Part shown: positions 24,645 to 34,902 of the stretch, piece after piece
Numbering within the stretch: the stretch's first letter is position 1
How the letters are laid out: each line of letters opens with the position of its first letter
Origin: Bdellovibrionales bacterium
Lineage (GTDB): Bacteria > Bdellovibrionota > Bdellovibrionia > Bdellovibrionales > UBA1609
Assembly: GCA_965199825.1 (NCBI GenBank)
Contig: OZ241329.1
Span: 1,344,001 to 1,408,000, forward strand
Length of the DNA: 64,000 nt
Direction: 5' to 3'
The notes under the pieces: model-generated
Database searches by the model: none
The model's input: only the letters and a program-made list of their open reading frames with translations
What the model was told of the DNA's origin: nothing
Made by a program: the position numbers and the translations under genes

Positions 24645-24764
24645 ATCGACATCCTTGTTTTTTAAACCACAGTTTAGGGCAAGCGGAGTAAAAATCACCA
24701 ATAATTTTTAGCGACACCAAATGGAAATATGAAATTTAAAAAGAAGGCTTCAGGAGTTGATTTT

Positions 24765-24801
24765 AAAAAAACTTTAGGCGGAGCTCGACAGCTGCGCCTA
24801 A
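24765..24801 (-). terminator. intrinsic terminator downstream of azoR
   Basis: 12-bp stem TTAGGCGGAGCT/AGCTGCGCCTAA (1 mismatch), 4-nt loop, followed by a T-run on the minus strand. Confidence 0.6.
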
Positions 24802-24812
24802 GCAAAGAAGAT

Positions 24813-25412
24813 TTAGATCTGAATCGCAGCAATCGCTTGGGCTAGTGCAGCTTCTTGTTTGTCGGCAACGCCCACACCCTCAACACGAAAAGTGGTGACG
24901 TCGGTCATACCTAAAAATCCAAATACCGTTTTCAGATAAGGCTCGGTAAAATCATAAGCCTTCATTGGACCACTCGAATAAACTCCACCTGTTGCAATGG
25001 CGAGATACACCTTTTTGTTTTTGATAAGACCCTCTGGTCCAGTGGCGGTGTAACGAAATGTTTTTCCAGCTCGTGCTAAATGATCAATCCAAGCTTTTAA
25101 AACCGATGGAATCGAAAAATTATACATCGGCACACCAATGACAACAGCATCCGCATCCATAATTTCGGCAATCAAAGCATCCGAATGCTGAATGGCTTCT
25201 TTATTTTGTGAGGTGTGTTGCTCTGGTGGAGTAAAAAATGCGGCGAGGTGACTCTCCTCCAAGTGAGGAGTTGGATGAGTACTGAGGTCGTGAGTTTTTA
25301 CCTTACAGCCCGAGTGTTTTTGTTTGAGCTTTTCAACCAGAGCATGGCTGAGCTTACGACTAAATGAAACTTTTCCGCGAGGACTTGATTCGATAACTAA
25401 AAGATTTTTCAT
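24813..25412 (-). CDS. azoR: FMN-dependent NADH-azoreductase
   Basis: SSPRG..SFS, PMYNFSIPSVLKAWID, AGKTFRYT..GPEGL, GGVYS. Confidence 0.95.
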   Translation of the reverse strand: MKNLLVIESSPRGKVSFSRKLSHALVEKLKQKHSGCKVKTHDLSTHPTPHLEESHLAAFFTPPEQHTSQNKEAIQHSDALIAEIMDADAVVIGVPMYNFSIPSVLKAWIDHLARAGKTFRYTATGPEGLIKNKKVYLAIATGGVYSSGPMKAYDFTEPYLKTVFGFLGMTDVTTFRVEGVGVADKQEAALAQAIAAIQI

Positions 25413-25435
25413 ATTTGTTCCTTTGTAATAAAAAT

Positions 25436-25771
25436 TTAAAGGCCTTTAGGCATTCCGCCTTGGCTTTGGCATTGTTGACCGATCTGTGCCCACGATTGAC
25501 TCGCTGGTGCTGGAGGAAGAGCCTGCTTTGCGTTTTTTGGTTGATGGGAGCCGCCATTGTGAATGATGGGTTCTGCACAATCTGCATAAAAACCGGTTCC
25601 GACTTGCATATCGCCAACTAAAAAATTTGCGCTTTCACATGCTTTACAAATTTCAAGACATGCCGCCGCAGAGCTCGGAATCTTTGTGCAGTTGGCAGCG
25701 TGAGGTGCCTTCTTTGCAAATGCTGTTGATCCACAAATCGAAAGCAGCACCCAAATCATTTTCATGTTCAT
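25436..25771 (-). CDS. small Cys-rich secreted protein
   Basis: signal peptide ending AFA, six Cys in the mature region, GGGG RBS. Confidence 0.65.
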   Translation of the reverse strand: MNMKMIWVLLSICGSTAFAKKAPHAANCTKIPSSAAACLEICKACESANFLVGDMQVGTGFYADCAEPIIHNGGSHQPKNAKQALPPAPASQSWAQIGQQCQSQGGMPKGL

Positions 25772-25997
25772 CCCCCTTAATTTATTAAAACTCTAATCAA
25801 ACAGGTCATGCGACTCAATCCCTTTGCCGGCGGCAACTGACAAAGGTCCATACGCAACCGATTCTCTTTTTAATACGCCCAAACAAATTTAGATTTCTCC
25901 ATCTGTTATACTGATCTCAACCATGAACTGTCTGAGCGCTAAGCTCATGAAATCTTGAGAAGCCAGACAAAAGTTTGGAATTTAAATACCGATAAAG

Positions 25998-28343
25998 ATG
26001 ATGTCACTTAGAACAAACAGGATATTTATGAAGTTTCCGGAATTCAAAATTTCGAGCATCGGACTGATGCTGATCCTCTCACTGTATTTGGTGACGATGT
26101 CCAATTGGATCGAAATTTCAATTCTTCTAACAGTAAGTGCTCTGCTTGCAATCTCATATCGCCTTGCAAAAAAATCCGACTCGAATTTTGATATTCTACC
26201 GATCGCTATTGCTCAACTCGATCAACAATATCAATTTACCTCCGCGAATGCTTCATGCTCACAATTTTTTGGATATTCTGAAAGTGAGCTCAAGGGTCTG
26301 TCGATCAGCGATTTGATCTATGACAAAAACCAAAGCGCTGATCTCACCCAAAATTCAGAGCGTGAAGAACGCTTTAAGCACAAATCAGGTAAGATCATTT
26401 GGGGCTTAGTCAAAACGAGGCAGCTCCAAAACCTTGGGTCGCTGATCGTGATTGAAGATATCACCGAGCGCAAACATCGTGAGCTTTTGACCGAAACTCT
26501 ATTAGAAACCATGAACGATGCATTGATCGTTCAAGATGCTGTTGGAACAATTAAGAAATTCAATACCGCCGCTTACACAATTTGCGGCCTCAAAGAGGAT
26601 GCTTATCAGGGACGGGTGAGTTTTGATCCTATCCGCGAAGTGATCAAAGAAAATGGCGATCCTTTTCCATCTGAAGAATTTCCTGCGGTTGTTGCTCTCA
26701 AAACTGGCCAAAAAGTAAATGGCGTAATGATGGGAGTCAAACTTCCTACGGGTGAAGTGCGTTGGATTCGGATCAACTCCACTCCGCTTTTTTTAAACGA
26801 ACCAGGTATGGATCCCCAAGTTGTTACGACGTTCTCTGATATTACCGACTTGATCACAGCAAGAAATGAAAATCGTTATTTTTTGGAGGCTCTCCAAATC
26901 GGACTATGGAAGCTTGATCCGGTCAATGGAACTCTGCTTTGGGACGAAAGCATGTACCGTTTATTTAATGTGAACAAAGAAGACTTCACCGGAAATTTTC
27001 AAGCCTGGGAAAGTACTCTAACTCCAGCCGCGCGCGACAAAGCGGTGGCTGAAGTTGAGCTCGCCCTTCGTGGAGATAAAGATTTCGATACCGTGTTTGA
27101 GATCGATACCAAATCAAAGGGCAAGCGATTTATTTCAGGCCGTGGAAAAGTGATTCGCAATGACAACGGTGATCCGATCATGATGTTTGGAGTCAATGCC
27201 GACGTGACCGATCAAACACATGCCGAACTCGAGCGACAAAAAACTTCGAAATTTTTAGAATTGATCTTGCAGAATATTCCATCGATGATTTTTGTAAAGG
27301 AATTCAATAAAGATCTGACCTATTCGCTGTTAAATAAATCAGGTGAAAAATTGCTTGGATTTAAACAAGAGTATGTTCTTGGTAAAAATCATTTTGATTT
27401 TATGAGCCAAGAAAAAGCCGAAGAGCGAATGAAGAGTGATAAGGAAATCTTTCTTAAAAAAGAAAGTGTAAAGTCACTGCCGCAAGAACTCGAAACAACA
27501 GCTGGGAAAAAAATTATCGAGACGATTCAAGTCCCGGTTTTTGATAAAGAAGGCAACCCTGAATTTATCGTTGGAATCTCAAACGACATTACCGATGAGG
27601 TCAATGCGCGCATCGCACTCGAACGCGAACGTTCAAAGAGTTTGCAGACCGCTAAGCTTGCCTCACTGGGTGAAATGTCTGCGGGTGTGGCCCACGAAAT
27701 CAACAACCCGCTTGCCATCATTGCTGGTTCCATTTCTCTTTTAAATAAATTTAAAAATGATCCAATCAAGTTTGATGCTAAAGTTGATGCTGTCTTAAAA
27801 GCCAGCCGACGGATCGAAAAGATCGTCAATGGACTAAGAAAATTTTCGCGATTAACAGCAAGTTCTGTGCATGCGCAAAGGGCATTGAACGATATCGCAA
27901 ACGAAGCCGTCACGATGACAGAAAATAAAGTAAAAAAACACTCAGCCTCAATTCAAGTTCTCAATCGCTCAGCCAAAAAGGTTTTATGCGACGAGATTGA
28001 AATAGAACAAGTTTTGATCAACCTCATTAATAATTCGATCGATGCGATCCAACTGCTTAATGAAAAATGGATCAAGATCAATATCTTTGATGAAGGAAAT
28101 TTTGTGGTTCTGCAAGTCGAAGACTCGGGATCGGGAATTTCTGCAGAAGTGGAACAAAAATTATTTGAACCCTTTTTTACCACAAAGGCAGTGGGGCAGG
28201 GAACAGGTCTAGGACTTTCAATTGCAACCGGTATTTTAGAAGCACATGGTGCTACGATCCAACTCAATCGAGATTTTGAACACACCTGTTTTGAAATCCG
28301 ATTTAAAGTCTCACCACTTCAGGAGTTGGCAAATGCCTCTTAA
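25998..28343 (+). CDS. multi-PAS sensor histidine kinase (NtrB-type H-box)
   Basis: TM, several PAS/PAC, LGEMSAGVAHEINNPL, FEPFFTTK..GQGTGLGL; start may be 26028. Confidence 0.92.
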   Translation: MMSLRTNRIFMKFPEFKISSIGLMLILSLYLVTMSNWIEISILLTVSALLAISYRLAKKSDSNFDILPIAIAQLDQQYQFTSANASCSQFFGYSESELKGLSISDLIYDKNQSADLTQNSEREERFKHKSGKIIWGLVKTRQLQNLGSLIVIEDITERKHRELLTETLLETMNDALIVQDAVGTIKKFNTAAYTICGLKEDAYQGRVSFDPIREVIKENGDPFPSEEFPAVVALKTGQKVNGVMMGVKLPTGEVRWIRINSTPLFLNEPGMDPQVVTTFSDITDLITARNENRYFLEALQIGLWKLDPVNGTLLWDESMYRLFNVNKEDFTGNFQAWESTLTPAARDKAVAEVELALRGDKDFDTVFEIDTKSKGKRFISGRGKVIRNDNGDPIMMFGVNADVTDQTHAELERQKTSKFLELILQNIPSMIFVKEFNKDLTYSLLNKSGEKLLGFKQEYVLGKNHFDFMSQEKAEERMKSDKEIFLKKESVKSLPQELETTAGKKIIETIQVPVFDKEGNPEFIVGISNDITDEVNARIALERERSKSLQTAKLASLGEMSAGVAHEINNPLAIIAGSISLLNKFKNDPIKFDAKVDAVLKASRRIEKIVNGLRKFSRLTASSVHAQRALNDIANEAVTMTENKVKKHSASIQVLNRSAKKVLCDEIEIEQVLINLINNSIDAIQLLNEKWIKINIFDEGNFVVLQVEDSGSGISAEVEQKLFEPFFTTKAVGQGTGLGLSIATGILEAHGATIQLNRDFEHTCFEIRFKVSPLQELANAS

Positions 28344-28668
28344 AGTTTTTTATCTTGATGACGAGCCTGATCTTACCGAAATTTTTTGTGATCTTTTTTC
28401 TTCCGACCAGATACAAGTTTTTCCGTTTACCACGGTGGATGAATTTTTGGCTGAGGTTCGCATCAACCCGCCCGATGTTGTCCTCCTTGATTACAGATTG
28501 CCAAACACCACGGGTGATAAGGTGGCTCAACTGCTTGACCCTGCTATCCCAAAGGCCCTCATCACCGGCGAAATTTCGGTGAAGCCCAATCCTTCGTTTG
28601 TGACAATTTTAGCGAAGCCCTTTGATATGGATTTGATCTCAAAGTTTTTAAGAAATTATATTCGCTAA
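28333..28668 (+). CDS. single-domain response regulator
   Basis: YLDDE, LLDYRLP, LITG, KPF; ATG overlaps the end of the kinase gene. Confidence 0.88.
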   Translation: MPLKVFYLDDEPDLTEIFCDLFSSDQIQVFPFTTVDEFLAEVRINPPDVVLLDYRLPNTTGDKVAQLLDPAIPKALITGEISVKPNPSFVTILAKPFDMDLISKFLRNYIR

Positions 28669-28771
28669 AGATCGAGCTCACCCAATTTTAATGTAGCGCG
28701 CGCTGACTCTAGCTGCGGTTCTTCGTACCAATAACTTAAGACATTCATAAAAATCGCAAAGAGGTTCAATC

Positions 28772-29974
28772 GTGGAAACTGACTCTAGTTCTAAATCACT
28801 TGATCAACAACGCGATCTTACAGACAAGAGTTTAGTGAGCGAGCGAGGAAAGTCAGACGATTCGTTCGCAGCCCAACGTCGCAAAACCGAGAACAAAACC
28901 AATGTGAAGGTAAAAGACAATCGACTCAAAGCAGATCGCTCTCGCACTGCCAGTCGAAACGACATAGATGCCCAAACTCAAATTACTCGTCGATCCAAAG
29001 GGCATCAGGCTCCTCATGCAACCGCTCAGCAAAAAGCCGTGGACCTCGACATCGAGACGCAGCGTAAATCTGATGATTTAGCGGTTGAAAATGAACGCCA
29101 ACTTATGGATGAAGCCCTGATCAATGAACGAAAAATTTTAAAGGCTGAAATCAATAAACATCTCGAAGCCGAAAGAAAAGCCACCGACCAAAATCTCTCG
29201 CATGAGCGGACACGCACCGATGAAGATGCAAAATATGCCTTAGGGGTTTTAACACGTGAACAAACCTCTCACAGCGCAACCAAAGCTCAGCTCACAACTC
29301 GAGACGAATTTTTGGCTATCGTCAGCCACGATTTACGAAATCCTATTGGATCCATTCTTTCTTATGCCGATTTGGTTTTGTCAGAAGGTATTGATAAAAA
29401 TCCCGAACTCAAACAATGGATCGAGACAATCAAGCGGAATGCTCAAACTTCGTTACGACTGATCGGGGATATTTTAGATATGGAACGCTTTGCTGAAGGA
29501 AAGTTGCTGGTGCAATTTGCTTCGGTGGACTTTGGCAAAATTATTGACGAGACAAACGAAGCCTTTCAAAGCATGGCGGGCGAAAGAAATATCACGTTAT
29601 CGGTTGATCAACCTCGGCCCATTGGAGTGATCCATGTCGATGGCGAAAGACTCAGACAAGTTCTTATGAATTTGATTGGCAATGCGCTGAAGTACACTCC
29701 AAAAGGCGGCAAGGTCAGAGTCATTGCCGAAACTATTGATTCAGAACTCAAAGTTTCGGTTGAAGACACGGGTATCGGAATTCCACAAGAGAAGCGTCAG
29801 CAAATCTTTGAGCGTTTTGCCCAAATCCAAAACAAAGACCGGAGTGGGTTGGGGCTGGGGTTGTATATTGCAGCGATGTTTATCGAAGCTCATAATGGCA
29901 AAATTGGTGTGGAGTCCAATAAGCCTGCAGGCAGTCGATTCACTTTCACAGTTCCACTTGCCCAGGACCATTAA
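28772..29974 (+). CDS. histidine kinase with charged coiled-coil N-terminus
   Basis: [26 protein letters not shown]-terminal ERxxTD-like repeats, no TM. Confidence 0.9.
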   Translation: METDSSSKSLDQQRDLTDKSLVSERGKSDDSFAAQRRKTENKTNVKVKDNRLKADRSRTASRNDIDAQTQITRRSKGHQAPHATAQQKAVDLDIETQRKSDDLAVENERQLMDEALINERKILKAEINKHLEAERKATDQNLSHERTRTDEDAKYALGVLTREQTSHSATKAQLTTRDEFLAIVSHDLRNPIGSILSYADLVLSEGIDKNPELKQWIETIKRNAQTSLRLIGDILDMERFAEGKLLVQFASVDFGKIIDETNEAFQSMAGERNITLSVDQPRPIGVIHVDGERLRQVLMNLIGNALKYTPKGGKVRVIAETIDSELKVSVEDTGIGIPQEKRQQIFERFAQIQNKDRSGLGLGLYIAAMFIEAHNGKIGVESNKPAGSRFTFTVPLAQDH

Positions 29975-30100
29975 ACAATTTTTAATTATATTGAGGGGGC
30001 TAGGCCATTGCCGATTTGCAACTAGTAAAAATTGCCTAAAAAATAGTTTTCAAAGACTGATCAATCGCAGTGTTGGTAAGACCTCGGTCACTCAAAATAT

Positions 30101-31456
30101 ATGAAACTTACTAAAATCTGCTTTAAGCTCTTAGGCTTTGGTCTTTTATTCTTTTTTACCCATGTCTTTGCAAATCCGGCGGAGGTGCTCAGTTTTCTGA
30201 ATCAATATGATTCGATTCGGGTTGCTGCGGTCGCTGCACACGGCAATGGCCACCAGGCTCTCGCAATTACGATTATCAAAAAATTAAGAGCTTTGGGTTA
30301 TCGTGGTAAAATAGAATTTGTTTATGACGTTTATGATAAAAAAAAGATTGAGTATCTTTTGCCTCCCTTTGATAGCACTGGTCCTGATTCTCAATTTATT
30401 CGTGGGCTCGATGTCGAAACCCATTCTTACAGCGACAGCTTTTATATGGATGCAAATTTTAAAAAAATCCCACTCACTATTGTTTCTGCAAAAAATGGCT
30501 ATATTCATCGTGCAAGATTTTTTAATTCTGATTACGTGCTTTATTTTTGCCCGCCTCACTGGGATTCGGTTCCATTTATAATCAGCCAGAATATTAAGAA
30601 TTTGAGTATTATTAAAGATGACTACCCTCTTAAAACGGAGATGCGTCCAATCGGTGAGCTTGCAGAATTTCTGTCAGATGAAATGTCTCATAGCCAAAAA
30701 TTAGCTCATAAAATCGACGGTCTTCGATCCCTGATCGAGGCTGCTCAATCGAAACAAATTCATTTGATTTCAGCTTATGGATTGGGATTTGCTGGAGTGG
30801 ATCGTCTCGTTCATTTGGTAAAGTCGCTTTTGCGTGCTCAAGAATTAAATCAGTCCTTTCCCAAAAATGTGGTGATCGGTTTGATTTCAAATTTAAATGC
30901 GGAAGAGTGGGACGCTGTCACATTGAAGCTCAGCGGCTTAAAATGGCAGGTTTCTGACATTAAAGATGCCAAACTTTCATCAGGTGTATCGATCGTTAAA
31001 ATTGGCAATGTCACTCAAGAGGTTTGGGGTTTGCTGATGAAAGAGAGTACCTTGCCTCCGCTTGCTGCAGGTTCAAACGGCGTCGATTTTTTATTTCAAA
31101 CGGGTAAACCTTTTTTAATTACGATCATGAGCCAACTTGGCGGTGAATTTAAATTTGATTCTAAACTTACAGATATTGATAATCGAAGATTTGTAAAAGG
31201 CTTTTTAGATCATAACATTCAATTCATTTACTTAGCTCTGGAGCTTGGAGACTTGGATACAGTTGCGCACTTCTATATCGAAAGTCTTGACTCACAATCA
31301 CCCTTAAATAAAAATTTTGCTCGATTTTCGCAGATTCGTTCTCGATTGCCGGACCGCCTCTGTGCCACACTTCTAGAAGTAAAAAAGGTTTTAAAAGGTC
31401 AAGAGGATAAGCCTCTAAACGCTTTTGTTAAACGTATTAAAAGCATCGCAAAATAA
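30101..31456 (+). CDS. hypothetical secreted protein
   Basis: 451 aa; signal peptide; AHGNGHQA motif weakly reminiscent of GT-B folds. Confidence 0.7.
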   Translation: MKLTKICFKLLGFGLLFFFTHVFANPAEVLSFLNQYDSIRVAAVAAHGNGHQALAITIIKKLRALGYRGKIEFVYDVYDKKKIEYLLPPFDSTGPDSQFIRGLDVETHSYSDSFYMDANFKKIPLTIVSAKNGYIHRARFFNSDYVLYFCPPHWDSVPFIISQNIKNLSIIKDDYPLKTEMRPIGELAEFLSDEMSHSQKLAHKIDGLRSLIEAAQSKQIHLISAYGLGFAGVDRLVHLVKSLLRAQELNQSFPKNVVIGLISNLNAEEWDAVTLKLSGLKWQVSDIKDAKLSSGVSIVKIGNVTQEVWGLLMKESTLPPLAAGSNGVDFLFQTGKPFLITIMSQLGGEFKFDSKLTDIDNRRFVKGFLDHNIQFIYLALELGDLDTVAHFYIESLDSQSPLNKNFARFSQIRSRLPDRLCATLLEVKKVLKGQEDKPLNAFVKRIKSIAK

Positions 31457-31781
31457 CCATTTGGGTACGGATCTTGATCTCTCTTTATTGATGACATTTT
31501 TTTCTCAGCGATTTCAATGGTGTTTTATCCTGCTGTCGATGTTTTCGACATTGGGGTTACAATCCAGCCACAACGTTTGGGTTTTTAAACTCAAACCTTG
31601 GGATCATTTCTCATCCCTATACCTGGCTTGATGGTCTTCCTGTGGGAAATTGGCTCGACTTCGATGCAACGATCGTGGTGGGCAAATAATATTTGCGAAC
31701 GAAGGTAGATAGATTGCGGTAAAAGTTCTACAGATCACAATCCAAGGTGCATCAAACTGCAACAAATGATATCGCACCACT

Positions 31782-32558
31782 ATGAAATTCATTTTATTTT
31801 TTTCGTTTTTGATTCCAAATTCAGTTTTTGCGGCGGTCGAGAACCCATTCTCAGATTGGGTTGAGCAGCTTGACTCAAATCGTTTCCGAAATGCTGATTG
31901 GATTCGCTTTCAAGAAGCCGATGATCTTATCAGTCATTATTCGTCACGCCCTGAGGATAATCCAACAGAGGGCCTTAAAAAACTCAGCGCTGTTTTGATC
32001 AAAGATTTTGAAGTTGTGAATCAACCCTTTTTTTACCCAAAAGAGCAGGTCTTATCGTCGGCTGCGCGGGTGCGGTATGGAGTTGAGGCCGCCTTGCGTA
32101 TTTCAAATGGTCCAATATCTTATCGCCTCAGTTTGCCCGAGGCGAGATGGAGTAACCAAACCGGGCGCCATGATTTAGAAATCATCGTGGCCGCACTCCA
32201 TGGGGTTCCTTTGGCTATCGCGGGTGTGACATTTTATATTGCCAGTCGATTTGATTCTGATGCTGCTGTCAGTGGTGTTTTGTTTGTGGGGGTCGTTGCG
32301 GGTTTAATTACGGTGCACCAGCTCTCAAATCCAAAATTGATGAATCAGTGGATGGATGCGGCAAGCTTTGCGCTCTGGAAAAATAAGTTCATCAAAGATT
32401 TTATCGCAGATGTTGGCGCGAAAGCCCCAAAGACAGTGATTCCGAGATCCGCGTCGCAAGCCAGATGGTTTTTTAAATCTTATTTTGATTCTTTATCTTA
32501 TCTTTCGATGACAGAATTAGAACTCCAAGATCTGACTTGCCAAACCGCGCTCAAATAA
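31782..32558 (+). CDS. hypothetical secreted/membrane protein
   Basis: signal peptide ending VFA, two internal hydrophobic helices, C-terminus TCQTALK. Confidence 0.7.
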   Translation: MKFILFFSFLIPNSVFAAVENPFSDWVEQLDSNRFRNADWIRFQEADDLISHYSSRPEDNPTEGLKKLSAVLIKDFEVVNQPFFYPKEQVLSSAARVRYGVEAALRISNGPISYRLSLPEARWSNQTGRHDLEIIVAALHGVPLAIAGVTFYIASRFDSDAAVSGVLFVGVVAGLITVHQLSNPKLMNQWMDAASFALWKNKFIKDFIADVGAKAPKTVIPRSASQARWFFKSYFDSLSYLSMTELELQDLTCQTALK

Positions 32559-32617
32559 ATGTTTCAAATGTCGGCTGCCTGATGATCTGATAGGCGCCAC
32601 ACCTGTTTAAGGATATT

Positions 32618-33481
32618 TTGATGAAGGCAAATGACAGCAGTAAAATGGTTTTTACAAAAAAAGATTCTCAAAATCTTTTTGATCAACATGAAACGTTGAT
32701 TTCGATGGCTAAAAATTTTTCGAGCTCGCCCATTTCGAATTTTAAAGTGGGAGTTCTTGTCGAGACCGAGGATCAAACTTTAATTTTGGGAACCAATCTG
32801 GAATTTCCTGGGCATCATCTCAACTTTTCAATTCATGGTGAGCAATTCGCTGTGATTTTAGCTCGAGAGCTCGGGCACAAAAAAATAAAATGGATCGTGA
32901 CGTCGGCCGCACCGTGTGGGCATTGCAGGCAATTTTTAAACGAGATCAATGATCCATCCCTTGTGGTTCAGGTTTTAGGACAAGAACCTTTACATTTAAT
33001 AAAACTCTTTGGACCCAGTGATCTTGGAGTCGAAGGTGGATTGCTAAATCCCCAACATCATCATCTTGGAAAATTAAAAAATATTGAGACCACATGGATC
33101 GGCCAACATCATTCCAATTTTCAAATCAAAGAGAACCTTCGAAACGAAATGCATTCGAAGGCTAAGGCCGCTGCTCAAAGTTGCTATGCCCCCTATAGCA
33201 AAACATTAAGTGGCGTGGCTTTGCTTTTAGAGGATGGCTCGACAGTTTCTGGATCTTATGTTGAGAATGCCGCTTTTAATCCTACGGTTGCGGCCGTACA
33301 TGCCGCTTTGATTGTACAACGTGGTCTGGGCTTGAGTTCTTTCAGTATCGTTGCTGCGGCAATGGCAGAGACTGCAACAGATCAATCCATTTCGCCCTCC
33401 TACCGTGACTTTACCTCACAAGTTTTAAAGACCAATGGCTATGAGGGGAGTCTAGATATTTTGTATTTTGAATCAATTTGA
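32618..33481 (+). CDS. cdd: cytidine deaminase (homodimeric, E. coli type)
   Basis: PISNFKVG, GTNLEF, IHGEQ, PCGHCRQFLNE, YAPYS, ENAAFNP. Confidence 0.93.
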   Translation: MMKANDSSKMVFTKKDSQNLFDQHETLISMAKNFSSSPISNFKVGVLVETEDQTLILGTNLEFPGHHLNFSIHGEQFAVILARELGHKKIKWIVTSAAPCGHCRQFLNEINDPSLVVQVLGQEPLHLIKLFGPSDLGVEGGLLNPQHHHLGKLKNIETTWIGQHHSNFQIKENLRNEMHSKAKAAAQSCYAPYSKTLSGVALLLEDGSTVSGSYVENAAFNPTVAAVHAALIVQRGLGLSSFSIVAAAMAETATDQSISPSYRDFTSQVLKTNGYEGSLDILYFESI

Positions 33482-33546
33482 CCTGATTTGCGGATAAACC
33501 ATTATCTATTTGTATCCGATCTCCATATCCATCACCATCAGCGAAC

Positions 33547-33765
33547 ATGAAAACATCAAAAATTCGGTCATCCAAATTACCACCGCAGCGTTCATTTTTT
33601 CTCTACGATATTTTAATCCTAACCGCCTCCCTCATTTCACTTTTATTGTCGGTCTATCTCTGGTTTGTCTCGTCAAAAGATCAGGGTGTTTTTGTTGGGC
33701 TATGGGTTCCATCGGTGATTTCAATCGGCATTTATATACGAATCATGCTTAAGGAGAGACTATGA
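33547..33765 (+). CDS. small membrane protein
   Basis: 72 aa, two TM, GVFVGLWVPS motif. Confidence 0.65.
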   Translation: MKTSKIRSSKLPPQRSFFLYDILILTASLISLLLSVYLWFVSSKDQGVFVGLWVPSVISIGIYIRIMLKERL

Positions 33766-33932
33766 GCGATACGCAGCTTTTTATGGTGGGATGTGGAATT
33801 GTTTCGATGGTCGTGATGTCTATTTTGAGTGTGCTCTTTCAAGCTCACCGAATGGCAAGCAAGGAGGCAAACGAAATGGAGCAGTTTGAAACTCGACAAG
33901 TCAATCGCTTCGAAACTTCGCTCGAGATCTAG
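33762..33932 (+). CDS. small single-TM protein (56 aa, not in the ORF track)
   Basis: MSDTQLFMVGCGIVSMVVMSILSVLF...; AAGGAG RBS and ATGA overlap with the upstream gene; TAG at 33930-33932. Confidence 0.65.
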   Translation: MSDTQLFMVGCGIVSMVVMSILSVLFQAHRMASKEANEMEQFETRQVNRFETSLEI

Positions 33933-33951
33933 AGTCTCGTTAGCGCAAATA

Positions 33952-34902
33952 TCATTTGGCGCTGAGAATCTCAACTGGTGTAGAAATAACCTTTGAACTT
34001 AAACAAACATTATTGTTGTCGACCAGTCGCCAAAGATGGCCAACGAATGTTTTTTGCTCGTAAGTTTCTGAGGGTCTCAAGATTCGATAAAATTTTGGCA
34101 CTGCTGCATAGTCGATCCACTGAATCGAAACATCGTGCGCAGTGAGGTTACTCACTTGCAATGTTGACCCTTGGGTGCTCGGGACCGAATGCTTTTGCAA
34201 ATCATTACACGTGTTCGGTTCAACTTGAGCGAGCGCGCGCGGTAGATTTTCGAAACGAGTTCGACCTAATTCCTGGGTTGCTGCAAAAGCTAAAAGGTCA
34301 TCATTTATAAATTCAGTTGGTTTATCGATACCCGAAACTTTTTGCACAAGGTTGACCCGATCTTCTTTAAAAATCATTTCGGCAAAAAATTCGCGGGGAT
34401 CTTTTATTATAGAATTCAATTCGCCTAGGCTAAACAATATTGCAAGGACAAGACTGAATCCACTGCAGATCTTTAAAAATCGCGTAGGAACAATCGGCTT
34501 TAAAAAGCTAAATAGAGTCAAAAAAATCATAAGAATACCTAAAGCAAAATACAGCAAAATCATGATCAGCCGAAAATTAGGATTGTAGGCGAGAGCAGAA
34601 ATCAGCGCGCTGAACTGGACGATAAAAAGACAAATTAAGGTCGTGGTCATCAGATACTTAAAATGATAACGGCGCTGGATTAACCATCCAGGAAATGCGA
34701 AAATCGATGCCGTAAATGCAGCACCAAGCCAGGCCCCAAAAAAATAAATTAATTCGTCTTTGATAACTTGGGGGGCATCCATACCAAGAAGCCCAATTTC
34801 AAAACAGATTTCAATCAACGTTGCTGCAAAAAAGTAAGTTATTATTTTTTTAAGACTTAGTTTTTCTAGCCGTCGATGGAAAGCAATCCATTCTTTAATC
34901 AT
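33952..34902 (-). CDS. multi-TM membrane protein with C-terminal VHL beta-like domain
   Basis: ~5 TM, then SNLT..DVSIQWIDY....FYRILRPSETYEQKTFVGHLWRLVD. Confidence 0.75.
   Translation of the reverse strand: MIKEWIAFHRRLEKLSLKKIITYFFAATLIEICFEIGLLGMDAPQVIKDELIYFFGAWLGAAFTASIFAFPGWLIQRRYHFKYLMTTTLICLFIVQFSALISALAYNPNFRLIMILLYFALGILMIFLTLFSFLKPIVPTRFLKICSGFSLVLAILFSLGELNSIIKDPREFFAEMIFKEDRVNLVQKVSGIDKPTEFINDDLLAFAATQELGRTRFENLPRALAQVEPNTCNDLQKHSVPSTQGSTLQVSNLTAHDVSIQWIDYAAVPKFYRILRPSETYEQKTFVGHLWRLVDNNNVCLSSKVISTPVEILSAK

Noticed and set aside
31457..31781. Possible gene remnant between two hypothetical genes
   Set aside because: Only short ORFs on both strands with no recognisable motif; I cannot support a call.
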